A stretch of DNA of 64,000 bases from Takakia lepidozioides (GCA_030704615.1 CM060733.1:14756001-14820000), one strand, 5' to 3'; shown: positions 52,701 to 64,000, counted from the stretch's first letter. The notes: generated by a model from the sequence alone, not told the origin. Program-made: numbers and translations.

Positions 52701-52950
52701 ACACACATTGTTACTTTCACACTATTAGACTTTCACAACTGGGAATGTTCTCAACTGTATTACGAACATACTAGCTGCTTATACTATACTATTGTTGCGT
52801 CAATTCGTTGAAAGGCTTCATTCCGTTGTGCCAAACATGCCCAAGTAATTCTACACAACATCCAACAAAACTGGTCCCAATGTCAAAATACAATTCATTC
52901 CGGAACAACACATGCTCATGGATCACACGTCCATTGCGGGTGGTCCCTTC

Positions 52951-53557
52951 CAGTGTTGGTCGGTTATCGGGGACCCACCCGGTTAATTATAGGTTATTTG
53001 CCGGGTAAGGGTAACTATAGCCAGAGGTTATGAGCATAAAAGAGAACCGTAAATACTGAACACCGCCGGTACTGGACAACTCAAATACCCGGTGAAACAC
53101 CTGAACCTGTGAGTGAATAGCATCTGAAGACATAGAACCGACCCGGATATCTTTTAAGTGGACGGAAACGGTTATAGTAGCTATGGTTTCGTGGCAAATA
53201 GTAGTTTTATTTTGTCATATTTTCACTATGTACATTGAAGTTGAAATGGCACATTGAACCTTAGCTATAGGTTCTGCAGGCCTAGGTTTTGCAGCCTGCC
53301 TATGGTACTTCAATTATATTTGATGGTAGGCAGGTTATATTTACCCGACTTGAAATATCACCGCAGGTTATGATTTGGTCATGAATCGGCAAATAACCTG
53401 ACCACACATATTGTTCAAATTTTCATAACCGTAACGTGCAAATAACCTTCATTCAATGTGCATATTTCACCTAGAACAGGAGGTTATTACTGCATGAGTC
53501 AACTTGTACAACCTGAACCTCATGAGCTTTGAAAAAAATGATAACCGACCAACACTC
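52951..53557. mobile_element. hAT-superfamily MITE (607 bp)
   Basis: 18-bp TIRs CAGTGTTGGTCGGTTATC / GATAACCGACCAACACTC (17/18 match). 8-bp TSD-like flanks GTCCCTTC and GTCTGTTC (6/8). Many internal AACC/GGTT motifs; no ORF. Confidence 0.85.
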
Positions 53558-56500
53558 GTCTGTTCATACCCTACTTAGCACACTCTTGCAATACAACAAC
53601 ACCATTCTTATTCTATTTTGTTCCATTAACAAAATATTAGATCCAAATAAAAAATTTCAGCACGATTAGTTGTTACCCCCTTTAACGAATTTGTCTCCAT
53701 TGTTTTACATACATATCTTGTGCCAGAAAGAGTTTTTTGTTTTTAATAAAGAAACCTGAAATAGTTTATGAAGTCATGAAATGATTAGAACCATAACATC
53801 CCGGAGAAAGAGAGAGATGTTTTGCATAGCAAAAGAACAGATATTGATCCACTCTATTTTCGAACTACTGTTGCCACATGAGTCGAATGAGTAAAATTAC
53901 ACAAGTAAGTATTTTCTTACTTTGATATAAAGTTAAAAGACCCTTTAATAATTGTTTTAAAAAAAGTTAAAAGATAATGTGCGTTTAGAGGCCAACGTTA
54001 TCTAATGTGGGACACATTTATATAGGTACATCATTTATATACATATCCCCCCATGTGTTTCATGTGCTGAGAGACGATGACGACAAATATACCTTAAAAA
54101 TGTCAAATATTAGCCCTAACAAATAGAGCGGGGTCGACTGTTCATTCACGAAGCTGAACTCTCATCCACACGGATGTCATCTATCCAGATGTAAAGAGAT
54201 GCCAGCTGCCCCATACGAGGGGAACACCGCAGCTCATCCATTTAAGGTCATTGTCAGAGATTGGATACCTGCAATTTATACTTATTATTTCACGATTAAC
54301 ATTAATTAATAATTGTTTTTATAAACCTATAATGAGAATCTATAACAAGCAATGATAAATGTCATTGAAAGTGACCCATTTCTAGATTAACCCATACTGT
54401 ATAATATCTATACGTAGTTAAAGTACCGACTATCCCAACAATATTAGGGCAAAAAACCGAGAGAGCGGCTAAAATTAGGGCAGAGCGTGAAGGGAAGGCA
54501 GCTCGGCTGCCTTGCGGCCGCGCTGGCCACACGCTTTGCCGTTGTTCCCTTCATCGCTGCACTAATTTCTTCGTCTCCTGCATGTGTGCCTCCATCTATA
54601 TCTCGCACCTATTTTCATCTCCCCGCCGCTAAGCTAACCAGGTGGGCCCTCTGCAATCTCGCAACCGACCATCCTTCTCCTGGTTTCGTTGCTAATTGTC
54701 ACGAGAATGCATTGTTTCGGGACATGACGTGATCCATCGCTTCGATCGATCTCTCTCTCTTCCCCGATTTAGACTACATACAGAGGTAGGTATGTAGAAT
54801 ATGTGAGATAGACTTACAGAGGCCCGGTATGTATTATATGTGTTTGAACAGCTGATTCAACTTCACAATGAGGTAATTCTGTTAGAGATGCAGACTATAT
54901 TGCTTCTCTCATCACAGTGATGAAGCTGCCGCATGTGAGGTTGACCTTTGTTGGTGGGTGTTCCTTCCGAGGTGGGGAAGTACCAACTACCAACGCTGAG
55001 ATCAGCTGGTAATTGTTGTATCCGAGTGAGGGCATCATGCACAACATATTTCCATTTATATCGATGTACTTCGTGTTGGAGATTGGTGTGCCGGCCGAAC
55101 TAGAGCCGAACGCCAATTGTCGTTGAACGAGATGATTAGTACAGATGATCAGACGAGAATAATTGAATGTGTTGCAACTGCTTCCTGCCCACGAGGCTTG
55201 CTCCTAGGAAATCAACGACATGCGTCAGCTGTGTTGCTTTTTTAAGCTAGTCAAAGTCGGTTTCGATCGTTTTCCGGAAGTCCTGAGGTCCATCCCTAGC
55301 CCCGGAGTTCACGGGAGTCAGTTCTGTGAAGAGCAAAAGAGATCAGGGCCAAGATCGTGGGAGAGAAAGGTGGGGTGCTGGCCGCAGAGAAGTGTCGGTA
55401 AGTCTGGAGGCCGATGTAAAGGAAGAGCTCCGCCATTTGTAGCAAGTAGGATTTTGCGAAACCGCGTAGAATCAACATGTCCTCTCCATGAAGCGCGCCG
55501 GGTGCACACTTTTTCTGGAGCATATGCAAGCGCCCTCGCACACAAGTTGCTGGTATTTTATGGCATCTTTCTTTAAATGCAAGATGGTCGGTGCCCTATA
55601 TAACTATATTTTAACTGGAAACTCGGAGTCACTCACTTCCCTCACTCCCTCATTTGTGATCAGAATGACAAGCCAATGGGTCCCGAACCTTGTTTGTAGG
55701 CAGCTTTGCTACCTTCTTTTTGTGTTTCAGTAGATCACTATTCCTGGAATCGGAATGTCCTGCTTGGGAATTGTGGCAAAACCGAGGTATATAGAACATC
55801 GGCTTTTGGGCAGTTTGAACAGTATTTCATACCCACTTATTCTACCGCTCCATACGCTTGGAATTCTATCCAAAAGACTGTCACTCTCTCGTACTGAAAT
55901 GCGTCCGGAGAGTACTAAATAGGACTGACTTGCTTTAAATCATAAGGCTGAGCTCCCGGAGACGAGAACAACTCTATCTCACCAGGGCTGTTTTTTTTTT
56001 CCTGTGAAGCGCACTGAGAGGTCCACGGAGGTCACTGAGGTGTTGTGCGCCCATTACATGTTCATACGAATTGTAGACATACCTACTCGGCATCTTCTGT
56101 ATGTTATCCTTTCTCTCAATTCACAATGCCCTTGTTCAAGAAATTCACTTGTGGACCCCACCGTGTAATCCCGAGTCAAAAACTAGCAAAAGTCAGTGCA
56201 TTGACATTCATTGGAAAAGCAGCAAGAAAGCCTGGGCGACTTCTCAGGCTAGGCGACTTTCCTTTCGGCCCATTTGATCCCCCACAAGAAAGGTACATTC
56301 TCCCAAGCAAACCCCCCCCCCTCCCCCAGTTCTTGGTTGGGTGTTGGAGACTTGTTTATAGTTTATACAGAATGTAGAGGAAGATGCGATGGTGGTACCT
56401 CTCCATCGCTGGACGATCATGTCTCCTTCAGTACAAGAAATCCATAGCCAAATCCGAGTTTGCGGAGGGAGGAGAAGCATCTTCGAAGTGGGTTCCATCG

Positions 56501-58040
56501 ACGAAGATTGCTGCAACTTGTGCTCACGATGGCTGCTAGCCTTGCAAAGTTTTAAAGTCCTTGCTGCTTGCTTGCCTGAAATGGATAGTATTGTGATGGG
56601 GCCCGGTGCAGACGCAAACCCTATAAATAAGCAGGGCAGCTGGGGACGTCCACTTGCAGGATGTGGGACAGGAAGTAGAGAGGCCTCGCTGCATAACTTC
56701 AAAGAAGCTTGCCCTTCAATGCGAATGGTATCATGACACCGGACCGGATAGACATGCATTGCGTATGCAAACACTTTACATCCTTGAATAAAATTTGAAA
56801 GGTGATAAATGCAGTAATGCATTCACTCAATGTCACAGCTTCCATGCCAAGGGCATTGACACCTGACCCTGGCCGGGGGACACAAGGAATTGGTACTGCG
56901 AGCCTCCGGATTTCTCTCTGGACTGGGGAAGCTGAAGTTATTCATAATGAAGTGCTGTCATCTTCTATTTGCAGAACTCAAATTGAACTTGTTGCAGAGG
57001 TTCAGCAGAATTGTAGTCTGATTCTTTGCTAAGGCTTCCATTTTGACATCACTGTCGTCCATTGATCCTTTGTTTTGAAAGGTTTCTGCGATAACTGATT
57101 CGATGGGCATGTCCTCATTGTGGAGCAGTGGCTCTATTAGGTGGGCGCATGGACACCAACCTTAGCCGTGGAGCCGAAGAGGAGACAGGGGTTGGATGGC
57201 CTTTGCAGGGAATCACATAGCTACTATAGTTGCCGGTGTTGATGCCTATCCGTGTGCATATGGAGCTTCAAGCTAGGAAGGGCATCCTGCTTACTGCATT
57301 GCCGCAGGGCCTTCACTCAGCCTTCGCTTGTCTAACTTCCGGTGCAGTCTCTCCCATCTTGTGCAGGAAATGTTGGGCCCTGCGGTGTATGGGTCGGTCT
57401 ACTCAATTGTGTTCCAAACAGGTGCATGAATTTTCTCAGGGGGGGTTCTTGTGAGAATGGTTTGCTGTATTGAAATCTCATGATGTTGTGTTAAGCTATG
57501 GCAGACGAACTTGCTGCTGTGCACCTGTTACTTTTTCCATTTGACAGACGATTGAGGCTTGGAAGTGTGCGCTTTTTCGGTTGCTCGATATTGACTCTCT
57601 AGTGGCAGCCCTATCTGTGGTGGAAGTTGGGAATCTCTTGGTCTCTTGCCTTTTAGGGCTTCAAGATCCACTTTTGCTAGGTGTGCTCCTTTAGGTTAGG
57701 ATCTTAGACAGTGTACACTGCTGTGTAAACTACGGTGAAGATTTTTGGGGTATGAAATCTGGATGCAGGCAAAGAACCCAAACAGAAACAGAACCTTGTA
57801 TCATAAATGGCTCACCCCAACATCTTTATTTTCTGCTGGGTGAATAATATGGTCGTGCATTCCCGCTCATGGTCCAGTTCATGGTCGCCGCACCAAGAGA
57901 GTTCATGGCCACTGCGTCATGATAGCTCATGGTTGCTAAGCCATGAGGTTTCGTGACCATTCATGTCTCGTTCAAAATGTAAGGGTACTCATAAGATCGT
58001 CTACTTCTGCATAGTAAGTGCTCCCAGCCCTGATAACAAA

Positions 58041-59100
58041 GGCCAGGCCGGATTCATAAAGGGTAGATACATCCTTGACAACATTCTATTGGTACATGAT
58101 GCCCATATCTTTGCTGAAGCATCCAATCAAGCCATAGCCCTGCTACTTCCGGACTTTGAAAAAACATAGTTAAATGGCCCTTCATACTAGCAGCCCTTAT
58201 GAAAACTAGGCTCTCAGATTATTTATGTCAATAGGTGGCCATCTTTCTGTACAATGCTACAAGCAGGGTATGAATCAATGGCTTCATATCTAACCCGTTC
58301 AACCTTCAACGATTTGACAAAGCTACCCACTGGCCTTGCCGATTCTTTGGGCTACCTCTTGGTGGCCAGTAATATTATTGACTCCTCCTTCATCTAGATT
58401 GAAGGAATCCCCACCATGGCTCTCCAAATTGACCCCAAGGAGTGGTCTTGGAGATTTCAAGCTCCTCATTCCTCCTAATATTCAGCCAAACAGGCATATC
58501 GGGCTCTAATTCCGGGCCAAAGGCTTCATGACAAGTGGGAAAGCCGATGATCACGTTACAATTTCACGGCGGTAAACTGGAATAAAAATTTGGAAGCTCA
58601 TCTGGAACAAAACTAGACCTGCGAAACAAAGCGCATTCCTATGGCTAATTGCCAACAGGGTCCTTAAGGTGGGAGCCTGGCACGAGGCCCTCCCATGTAA
58701 ACGTTGTCACCATGGCATTTCTGAATCTATGGAACACCACTTACTACAGTGCTCTATCCCAAGGTACATCTTGCCCCCAGTTCTTATAGTCGCCCAATTG
58801 TGGAACCCTTTGCCATGTAGCTATTCACAAACTACTGAACTACTGCAACTCTACAAAAGATACCTACTGTCGTGGTCATGACTTCAAAGCCCTCAGAAGT
58901 GCTACGCTCTGGAAGATATGGAAAGCTCGTTGCTAGTGGTCTCTCTCTATTTCAAGTTCCACTATTTTCATGCTTCTTACTCTTATATTCTATGACATAC
59001 AAACTGAGGGGAGGAAGGACTGGGAAAATTGGCTGCAGACATCAGAAATTCTCCGGGGATTGATTATCAACTCCACGGACGTTTTCAGGCCTCCTGGGGG
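58041..59100 (+). mobile_element. Degenerate, internally deleted L1-clade LINE ORF2 fragment
   Basis: RT motifs QAGFIKGRYILDNILL, LLPDFEK, INGFISNPF. zf-RVT region IWNKTRPAKQSAFLWL...CKRCHHGISESMEHHLLQC and LWKIWKARC. Multiple stops and frameshifts. Confidence 0.85.
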
Positions 59101-59104
59101 AGAG

Positions 59105-60555
59105 AATGCATGTAAACGCCGAAAGTCAATGCAAAAACGGGTTGAGCCATCCTTCTTACCCACTAAGACAATGGGACTGGCCCAAGGGGATATGGAGGGG
59201 GTGATCACACCAGCATCAAGCATCTTGGTAATCTCTTCTTGAATGATTGTGCGCTCACGAACACTCTCCCTATAAGCATGTTGTTTGATAGGCTTACCAT
59301 CCATCACGATGTCATGATCCAGAAGGGTGGTGTGGCCTAAGTCATGGAGCCTTTTACTAAAGATGTCAAGATTGTCACGGAGAAACATGTGCAGGCGATT
59401 AATCTGCTGGGGAGCAAGATGATCACCCACTTTGATATCCTTTAAGACCTGCTGGAAATGTTGCTCTGCTTCAGGAGTAAGCGTGCCTTTGTCAGTGGAG
59501 CCAGAGTGAGAGGCAAACGCCTGGAGTTGGTCCACAGGGGAGTCCACCAGTCCAATATCATGAAGACTGAGACCTTTCTGAACAGAGGCCAACTCAGACA
59601 AAGGAGAAGCAGTGAGCCTAGCAAGGACCTGACCCTTGCGGACACTGATGCTGATACGTTCTGGATTAGCAATCAGTAATCTGACCTCTCCCTTGAATCT
59701 CCTGTCTAAAACCCCGGAAGCAACCAGACAGTGCTTTTGGAGGGTAAGTTTTTTCCAGCCCTCAACCTCAAGGAAATGACCTGTAGGGCAAGCAAAAGCT
59801 AAGCCTGTAGGTACTATGCGCTGAGAAAAAGTAGGGATGCTGAAGTCAACTAGAGAACGTAACAACAAGGTATTCTTTTCCACAGGCAGGGGAGGTCCAG
59901 ACTTCTTACCTGGTGGAGGGAAATGCCATTGGTATAAATTGTCACCAAGTGGTTGGAACTGGCTGAATCTAGCCCAATTATAATGCCCTTCATCTGCTCA
60001 GCTTGAAGCTTGAGACGAGAATAGTTGGCCATAGAGGTCCCAACGGCAATAATAACATGGCTTAGACTCACCTTGTAAGGGTGCCCTTCCATTGTGAAAG
60101 CACATAAGATTGTTCATGATGTCAATGCTGGCCTCTGCACCCTTCATCCAATCCAGACCCAACAAAATTTGTTTATCCATGGTGACAATGCAGGTCAACA
60201 AGACAGTTTTCCCACTAATGTGGATAGGTAAGGTGACCAACCCAATGGGTTCATATGCCGTGCCATCAGCTATGGTAACCTCAAGGCCACGAGCAGAGCT
60301 AATCTTTAATCCAAGAATGCGAACTGTACTAAGTGGAATGGCAGACATGGTACATCCAGTATCAATAACACATGGAAAGGAAAGGTGGCCCACATGACAT
60401 TGTGTCATCAATGGGTGGATCCGGTCCCTACTGATGCGCTTGTAGGCCTCACAGTGCATGAGTTTGAAATCACGAGAAAGAACAGCACTTACCAACGTGT
60501 TGGGGTTCTTACCATGGTCATCTGGCACCCTCACAGACGACCGGGTTCGTTTAAA
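59105..60555 (-). pseudogene. pol: pol fragment (protease, dUTPase-like domain, RT N-terminus) with about two frameshifts
   Basis: ORFs 59998-60534, 59850-60092 and 58990-59883 join in successive frames. RT similarity stops after FCIDFRRLHA at ~59105. Confidence 0.85.
60516..60555 (-). promoter_or_regulatory. Programmed -1 ribosomal frameshift signal at the gag/pol junction
   Basis: T_TTA_AAC (60555-60549) in the gag frame, 6-nt spacer, 9-bp stem GGTCGTCTG/CAGATGACC. The -1 frame is open into the protease ORF. Confidence 0.8.
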
Positions 60556-61727
60556 GTACCCTTCTGTTTTTCGTCTCTTTGTAACTGCTCAATCAGGGCA
60601 GGCAAGTCAGATTGGTAAGGGCACCACCTAGTGTAATGCTTGATGGACTTGCAGATCATGCATGCCACCACCGAGGTCCTGGCGTCATGACAAATGCCAG
60701 CATGGGTCTTACCTTGAGGCCCAGATATGGCAGGGAGTGTAGAGTTCCAGCCTACCTCAGCTTTGAAGGCTTGAAGTTCTCCCTGGATTTCTTTACGAAA
60801 AGATGACAACTCATGCACAATGGAAGGGAGATCTTCTGCAATACCTTTCACCCCAAGGTCCCCATCAGTAGGCTCTACAGAGTGACCCTCACTAGCCAGA
60901 TGAGTGTGTTTCGTGTTGGCAACTTTAGACAGGCCTGCCTTAGCAGCTTTGAGACGTAACCTTTCTTCAATCAATTCCACCATCTCATCTTCAGTGGTGT
61001 AAGTCTGTTTTTGCATAAACACTTTCTCAGCAGGGGCAAGCCCTTTACAAAACAATGTTTCAAAATAGCAGGTCTCTCTGAGGCAATCAAAACCGACTTA
61101 CAGATTGCAGTTCGCAAGTCAGTGTAGTATTTCCAACTATCGCCATAATGAAATTTTAAGTCTGGTGTGGTGTAAGCAATGGGCTTTTCTTCACGAAAGA
61201 GCTTGCGAGCCAATTCTCTGGCTTCTACCTACGTAAGATCATTTTTGTCCTTAATGTTGGACTCAAACAGTTGCCCGGCCTCTCATTTGAGACAGATCCG
61301 AAAGTACTTGATTTGGAATCGTGGGGGAACTCCATTCATTTCAGTGTTGATTTCAAAAAATTCCAAGAAGAACTCAAAATCCTCCCCTAAGTTGTACTCA
61401 GGGTATTACTGCTTATGCATTCGCTCCCCATGATCAGTTTTCCGTGGAGTAGTATCCGGAACTTCAGTTTGTTTCAGCAACATCTTCATAAGCGGGGGGG
61501 CAATTTGAAATCACCCCCATGGCTTCACACAACTCGTCCAAATCAAATGTGGGTTGAGGCACAGTCGCCGGATCCTTGTGATCTCCGGATGACTCTCCCC
61601 TTTCCATATTATTCTTTTCATTAGTTGTTGTCTCTTCCCTCTCCTCCGCTGCACGTTTTTCCAACTCACTTAGTCCCATCGTCTCTTCTGCTTCCCTTTC
61701 TAGTATAGATCTTGTAAATACAGGCAT
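60531..61727 (-). pseudogene. gag: gag, interrupted by stops and frameshifts
   Basis: Starts MPVFTRS. Pieces 61464-61727, 60971-61213 and 60531-61055, with FCKGL and a CX2CX4HX4C knuckle. Confidence 0.8.
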
Positions 61728-61745
61728 GAGAAGAGGAGTACACGG

Positions 61746-62666
61746 CTACCTGTCCGAAGGTGCACTGAGCTGTGAATCCCACCCAGACACACAGTGGGAT
61801 GTGATGAAGCGATGCTTGTGCAGCAGGTACACTCCTTCTCCCAAGAATGCCCACAATTCCTCTTCACCATTGAGCCAAAAAGTCACGCGCACGATGCTGC
61901 GTACCACCTTTTCCTTTACCAACAGCGTATGAGCAGGATATGCCTTGGCTTCTTCAGCCTTGTAGAGACCTACTGTTTCACGCCGAAAACACACCCCCGG
62001 AAAGATCAACACATCACTGGGACAAAAAGGGAATTCAGAGTCGGGTATACCCGTGATGAGCTCTTCCCAAGTGGGATCCCGGGTAGGGGCTGGTGGAACT
62101 CGAGGCCTTAAATTAGCAAGCAGAATCGATGTACCTCCTTTAACCAGTTCCCACAACCGTAGAGGGCTCGGCTTGTCAGGAGGCAGGAAGCTCTCAAGCT
62201 CTACACCTAATTCTCGACTCACAGAGAAATGTGGAATGCCCAAGACAGCCCAACTAAGCTTCTCACCACTCACCAACTGTTCCTTGGCACTAGCAAGGGG
62301 AATTTGTAGAGTGACTTCCCTGGAATGAAGCTTGAGGAGAAGGCGTGCGGCATAGGCTCCCTGAAGAGACTCGCGAATGCGCCGGCTCTGCTCCCTCTGC
62401 TCCGCTTTGGTGCATATGGGTTTGCAAGCCTCTTTGCGCGCAGTTTCCTCAAAGGTCTTGGCCCAGAACTCCGAGGGCGTGTCCAACGGGAGCTCAGGTC
62501 GTGGAATAGGTTCTCCCTCTAGGTAATCGACAAACACCAGCTGCTCAGGCAACAGGTTGCGTGCAAGCTCACAAATGTAACGAGATTCCAATGCCAGAGT
62601 CTGCTTCAAGCGCGGGACCTCGAATTGATCAAGCTCAAACCAACCACGCTCAGAATTGGAAGCCAT
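61746..62666 (-). CDS. Intact accessory ORF (~306 aa, unknown function) between PBS and gag of the retroelement
   Basis: Open frame from MASNSERG (in-frame upstream ATGs also exist) to a TAG ending 18 nt before the gag ATG. Same strand as gag; no recognisable domain. Confidence 0.65.
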   Translation of the reverse strand: MASNSERGWFELDQFEVPRLKQTLALESRYICELARNLLPEQLVFVDYLEGEPIPRPELPLDTPSEFWAKTFEETARKEACKPICTKAEQREQSRRIRESLQGAYAARLLLKLHSREVTLQIPLASAKEQLVSGEKLSWAVLGIPHFSVSRELGVELESFLPPDKPSPLRLWELVKGGTSILLANLRPRVPPAPTRDPTWEELITGIPDSEFPFCPSDVLIFPGVCFRRETVGLYKAEEAKAYPAHTLLVKEKVVRSIVRVTFWLNGEEELWAFLGEGVYLLHKHRFITSHCVSGWDSQLSAPSDR

Positions 62667-62714
62667 AGTGCTTAGTTGCGAAACTCTCAAAACACAGAAG
62701 AGCTCGAGCAGGCA

Positions 62715-62717
<3 letters not shown>

Positions 62718-62748
<31 letters not shown>
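62718..62748. repeat. (CT/GA)n microsatellite in the retroelement leader
   Basis: Directly visible. Confidence 0.95.
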
Positions 62749-62752
<4 letters not shown>

Positions 62753-62874
62753 GCGATACACAAGCCACCATTTTGCCACTACCTCTCCCTTCAATCATGC
62801 AGGATCCCACGACACAATCTACTGTTCTCAGGTGCTTCGTACGAGCTAAATCCTCTGTCAATGATTTTTAGTTG

Positions 62875-62890
62875 CCCCGCATCTCCACCA
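62875..62890 (-). promoter_or_regulatory. Primer-binding site complementary to the tRNA-Ala 3' end
   Basis: The minus strand reads TGGTGGAGATGCGGGG directly after the LTR-terminal CA. Its complement CCCCGCATCTCCACCA matches the 3' end of eukaryotic tRNA-Ala plus CCA as recalled. Confidence 0.8.
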
Positions 62891-63287
62891 TGATTCCGGC
62901 GTTGTGGGTTTGTTCCCCTTCCTCTACCGGACTTAATCCTATCTGGGGAATGTAGTCGATAGATGGGCTTGGCAGAGAAGACGGAATCTCACGAAGAGGA
63001 CACCACAGACTCAGACTTCCAAAGCAGTTTCATCCACCCACTCAAGTACACCGTTACACCCAACGTACACTCGCGTAAGACCCAAAAACCACCACCCTCA
63101 CTGCCACGGCAGTGAGGCTTAAATAGTATTAGGTCATAATCTAATCCTAGTGCCGCGTGGCAATTACATATAGGTCCACCAGATGCCCTTCCAGCATAGC
63201 CATAGAAAGAAGCCAGATCACCCAGACCCATCCTAATCTAATCCTAAACTAGCTGTTAGAATAAGACAGCCCCTAATAAAGTCATCA
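62891..63287 (-). repeat. 5' LTR (~397 bp; outer boundary tentative)
   Basis: Inner end fixed by CA adjoining the PBS. Outer end proposed from TGAT...ATCA termini (alternative 63268). TATA-like TATTTAA at ~63119-63125 on the minus strand. No second LTR in the window. Confidence 0.6.
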
Positions 63288-64000
63288 GCTGTCGCCAGGT
63301 CATCCTCATGTGCAAGGTGTAAGTTCATCCAAACTTCATCCTGGCTCCGTCCATCCCTAAATCATCCGGAGCGCATCCCTCCTCTATTCATCCACGTCGA
63401 AAAGGAAGGTACACGACGACGGTGCGGCAATCGTCGCCATAGCCAAGTGGTCACCCGAAATAAATAAATAAATAATATTTTTATTAATTTATATTACGTT
63501 ATATTAAATTTGGGATTGCGAGAGCTGGCGGTCCCCATTTTTTAAAGTATTTTATTTGAAAATTGGGATCCCCAAAAAATCATAATATAACATAAAAATG
63601 TAGTCGAGCGACCGTTAGGCGATGACAACGGTCGGCCAATCGTTGCCGTCAGCAACTGTGACGGCACTTAATAAATACTAAAATTCTTCTTAGTTGATTT
63701 TTTTTCATACTTGTAATTTTCGGGAGACATCCACATTTTTACCCTCCGAAAAATTACATTACTGACACCTAAAACTGACGTGACGCAGGCATCAGGTTGG
63801 ACAGATCTGACGCAGATAACCCAGATCTATATCGAGTTGTCCAACCTCCTACTCATCAGTCTTTTGGGACCATAAATGACCATTTTTTACTTCCAAAACA
63901 TAGCATGTAACATGTTGGAATCCACCAAGAAGCCATGTGTACACATGATTTATGCAATGTTCCAACTTTTGTCTTATGTTTATTCTTGGCATCTCCTTCA

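Larger units (their letters stand above)
59105..63287 (-). mobile_element. 3'-truncated Ty3/gypsy LTR retrotransposon: LTR - PBS - extra ORF - gag - (-1 frameshift) - protease - dUTPase-like - start of RT
   Basis: gag zinc knuckle CMICKSIKHYTRWC, retropepsin VIDTGCTMS and ILLGLDWM, dUTPase-like VPTGL..GVLDRRFKGEV, RT N-terminus PIKQHAYR..SPWASPIVLVGKKDGSTRFCIDFRRL. Protease followed by RT with no intervening integrase, plus the RT signature, indicate Ty3/gypsy. Confidence 0.92.

Noticed and set aside
58990-59104. C-terminal part of the 297-aa ORF as a novel RT fusion
   Set aside because: It is read-through into the antisense strand of the LINE fragment after the truncation point.
62667-62861. 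N-terminal 65 aa of the 371-aa ORF
   Set aside because: It starts at a non-ATG codon and runs through a (GA)n microsatellite, so it is more likely leader sequence, though in-frame ATGs exist.

Overview
Eukaryotic land-plant nuclear DNA with GT-AG introns, probably from a non-seed plant (inferred from gene content only). There are five host genes: a 2-exon type-I pectin methylesterase (-), a 5-exon Euonymus-type lectin with a His/Pro-rich N-terminus (+), a LEA2/NHL-like gene with an apparent frameshift (+), a ~33-exon DIS3/RRP44-family exoribonuclease that looks more like DIS3L (DIS3L1) than plant RRP44A or SOV (-), and a 7-exon group-E bZIP (-). The flanks (1-9.2 kb, 13.8-21 kb, 52.9-64 kb) are mostly transposon-derived. 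They include a TIR-bounded element with a six-copy hairpin array, a hAT MITE with TSD, an L1-like LINE fragment and a truncated Ty3/gypsy element. The gypsy element is unusual: tRNA-Ala PBS, an intact extra ORF upstream of gag, a UUUAAAC -1 frameshift cassette, and a degenerate dUTPase-like domain between protease and RT. Best candidates for novelty are the DIS3L1-type gene in a plant and this retroelement. Exon models were built by hand from splice sites and reading phase. Comparisons to reference proteins and tRNAs are from memory and need confirming by search.
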